64,000 nt of DNA from Acidobacteriota bacterium (GTDB lineage Bacteria > Acidobacteriota > Blastocatellia > Pyrinomonadales > Pyrinomonadaceae): contig JAIVJI010000009.1 of NCBI GenBank assembly GCA_020200135.1, forward strand, positions 1,642-65,641, written 5' to 3'. Positions 62,630 to 64,000 of this stretch are shown one piece after another (position 1 is the stretch's first letter; the number at the start of each line of letters is the position of its first letter). A program made the translations under genes and the position numbers. The notes beneath the pieces are model-generated. The model saw only the letters and a program-made list of their open reading frames with translations. It was not told the origin of the DNA and made no database searches.

Positions 62630-63187
62630 TTAGCCGTCCGACGTTTCGACGCCGAGGCGGCGTGCGGCGAGGAGGAGGCCGATGATGGTCTTGGCGTCGT
62701 CTATCTCGCCGGCGGCGACCATCCGGAGCGCGCGCGCCAGCGGCATCCGGACGACCTCGATGATCTCGTCCTCCTCGCGGCGAAGCGCCGTCTCGCGCAG
62801 CTCGGTCGCGAGGAAGACCCAGAGCCGCTCGGCGCAGAAGCCCGGCGTGGTGTAGAACTCCGAGAGCTGTTCGAGGCGGCCGGCGACGACGCCCAGCTCC
62901 TCCTCCAGCTCGCGCGCGGCCGTCTCGGCGGGGCGCTCGCCGGGGTCGAGCTTGCCCGCCGGCAGCTCCAGAACGAAACGCCGTGTCGGGTGCCGGTACT
63001 GTCTGACGAACGCGACCGACCCGTCCGAGTAGAGGGGGACGGCCGCCGCCCCGCCCGGGTGCCCGACGACCTCGCGGACGTAAGTCTGCCCGCCCTCCCG
63101 CACCGTGTCGCGCGCCACGCGGACGAGCCGCCCCGCGTACACCTCCTCGCTCGACAGAACCTCCGGCAGCTCTTCGTCCATAAACAA
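62630..63187 (-). CDS. NUDIX hydrolase (ADP-ribose pyrophosphatase-like)
   Basis: Nudix box GKLDPGERPAETAARELEEELG. Confidence 0.85.
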   Translation of the reverse strand: MFMDEELPEVLSSEEVYAGRLVRVARDTVREGGQTYVREVVGHPGGAAAVPLYSDGSVAFVRQYRHPTRRFVLELPAGKLDPGERPAETAARELEEELGVVAGRLEQLSEFYTTPGFCAERLWVFLATELRETALRREEDEIIEVVRMPLARALRMVAAGEIDDAKTIIGLLLAARRLGVETSDG

Positions 63188-63191
63188 GTGT

Positions 63192-63692
63192 TCAGTAGTC
63201 CCGCATGGTCGGGCGCGGCTTGTCGTCTTTGGTCGCGGGGCGCGTCTCGTTGAAGCGGACGCCGGTGACGTCGGAGCCGATGTAGAAGTGGCGTCGCCCC
63301 GTCGCGTCGCGCTCGCCCGTGCGGACGGGGTCGGCGTTGACGCTGTAGGCGGCCGGCTCGGTCTCGGTCTTCGGCCGCACGCGGAGCGTGAAGGCGTAGC
63401 CGTGGCCGACGGGCGGGTCGCCGGTCAGCTCGGTCTGGAAGATGCCGGCGTCGGCCAGCTCCTTGAACGTCCCGTAGCGGCCGTGGGTCTCGAAGTAGAG
63501 CTGCTCGGCGGCCTGGATGGCTTCGAGCGAGCCGAGCGCCGACGACTCGTTGGCCGCGATGAGGCGGCGCCGGACGGTGTCGTCCCACATGCGCAGCGCC
63601 AGCCAGCTCAGCGGCAGCAGGACGAGCAGGCCGACGCCCGCGACGACGAGCGCCGTCCGCCACAGACGTTTCGACTCCGAGCTGTCACTCAT
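63192..63692 (-). CDS. Membrane-anchored hypothetical protein with pilin-like ectodomain features
   Basis: Single N-terminal TM segment, then ANESSALGSLEAIQAAEQLYF, which resembles pseudopilin-like proteins. There is no G/F-x-x-x-E cleavage motif. Confidence 0.4.
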   Translation of the reverse strand: MSDSSESKRLWRTALVVAGVGLLVLLPLSWLALRMWDDTVRRRLIAANESSALGSLEAIQAAEQLYFETHGRYGTFKELADAGIFQTELTGDPPVGHGYAFTLRVRPKTETEPAAYSVNADPVRTGERDATGRRHFYIGSDVTGVRFNETRPATKDDKPRPTMRDY

Positions 63693-63716
63693 GCTTGATG
63701 ACTCTCAGCGGTTGAT

Positions 63717-64000
63717 TCAGGTGCTTCGGCCGCCGCCCTCTTCGAGAAGGCGCTTGACCTCGCCGACGAGGTAGAGCGAGCCGGTGACGCAGACGAGGCC
63801 GCCGGCTTCGGCGTGCGTCCGCGCGACGGCGAGCGCGTCGCGGCTCGACGGCGCGAGCGCGATTGTACTCGAAGAGGGCGGGACGGGCACGGCGCGGAGA
63901 AGTTCTTCGACCGGCGCCGCGCGCGGGTTTGTTGGCTCGGTCAGGATGAGGTGGCGCGCGGCGGGGAAGAGGGCGCGCCCCATCTCCGCGAGCTGCTTGT
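63717..64000 (-). CDS. folC: Folylpolyglutamate synthase/dihydrofolate synthase, C-terminal part (5' end beyond the window)
   Basis: Mur-ligase C-terminal pattern ..ILTEPTNPRAAP...GLVCVTGSLYLVGEVKRLL. Confidence 0.6.
   Translation of the reverse strand, partial: KQLAEMGRALFPAARHLILTEPTNPRAAPVEELLRAVPVPPSSSTIALAPSSRDALAVARTHAEAGGLVCVTGSLYLVGEVKRLLEEGGGRST

Overview
About 70% GC bacterial chromosomal window. The gene content points to an Acidobacteria-like environmental organism: three PEP-CTERM proteins, an acidobacterial-type VWA protein, and a 1769-aa HAF/Calx-beta/DUF4214 surface protein. I call about 60 protein genes. Housekeeping genes include recG, a bacilliredoxin, tsaE, nnr, murJ, a PBP4-type carboxypeptidase, ogg, ackA, a class-III aminotransferase, two M16 peptidases, an S41 protease, pilT, plsC, a NUDIX hydrolase and folC. 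There is a minor-pilin operon (fimT/pilV/pilW/pilX-like) with an exact sigma-54 promoter core, followed by an NtrC-family activator. There are two toxin-antitoxin-type modules (PIN-like, HicBA). A decayed mobile-element-like stretch at 44.2-51.3 kb carries a SWIM-Rad52 recombinase, an XRE repressor, and ImmA-like and primase-like remnants. I saw no rRNA, tRNA or CRISPR array. The most unusual signal is non-coding. Most of the longer intergenic gaps I read (at 14 loci) are filled by a long imperfect palindrome whose arms are tandem 7-nt units, falling into about 8 heptamer families. These elements often supply the stop codon of the incoming gene or abut the start codon of the outgoing gene. The second oddity is the number of disrupted genes: 3 single-nt frameshifts in homopolymer-like contexts and at least 7 truncations or internal deletions. 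All calls come from reading the sequence and the ORF track. No database search was possible, so family names rest on motif recognition.
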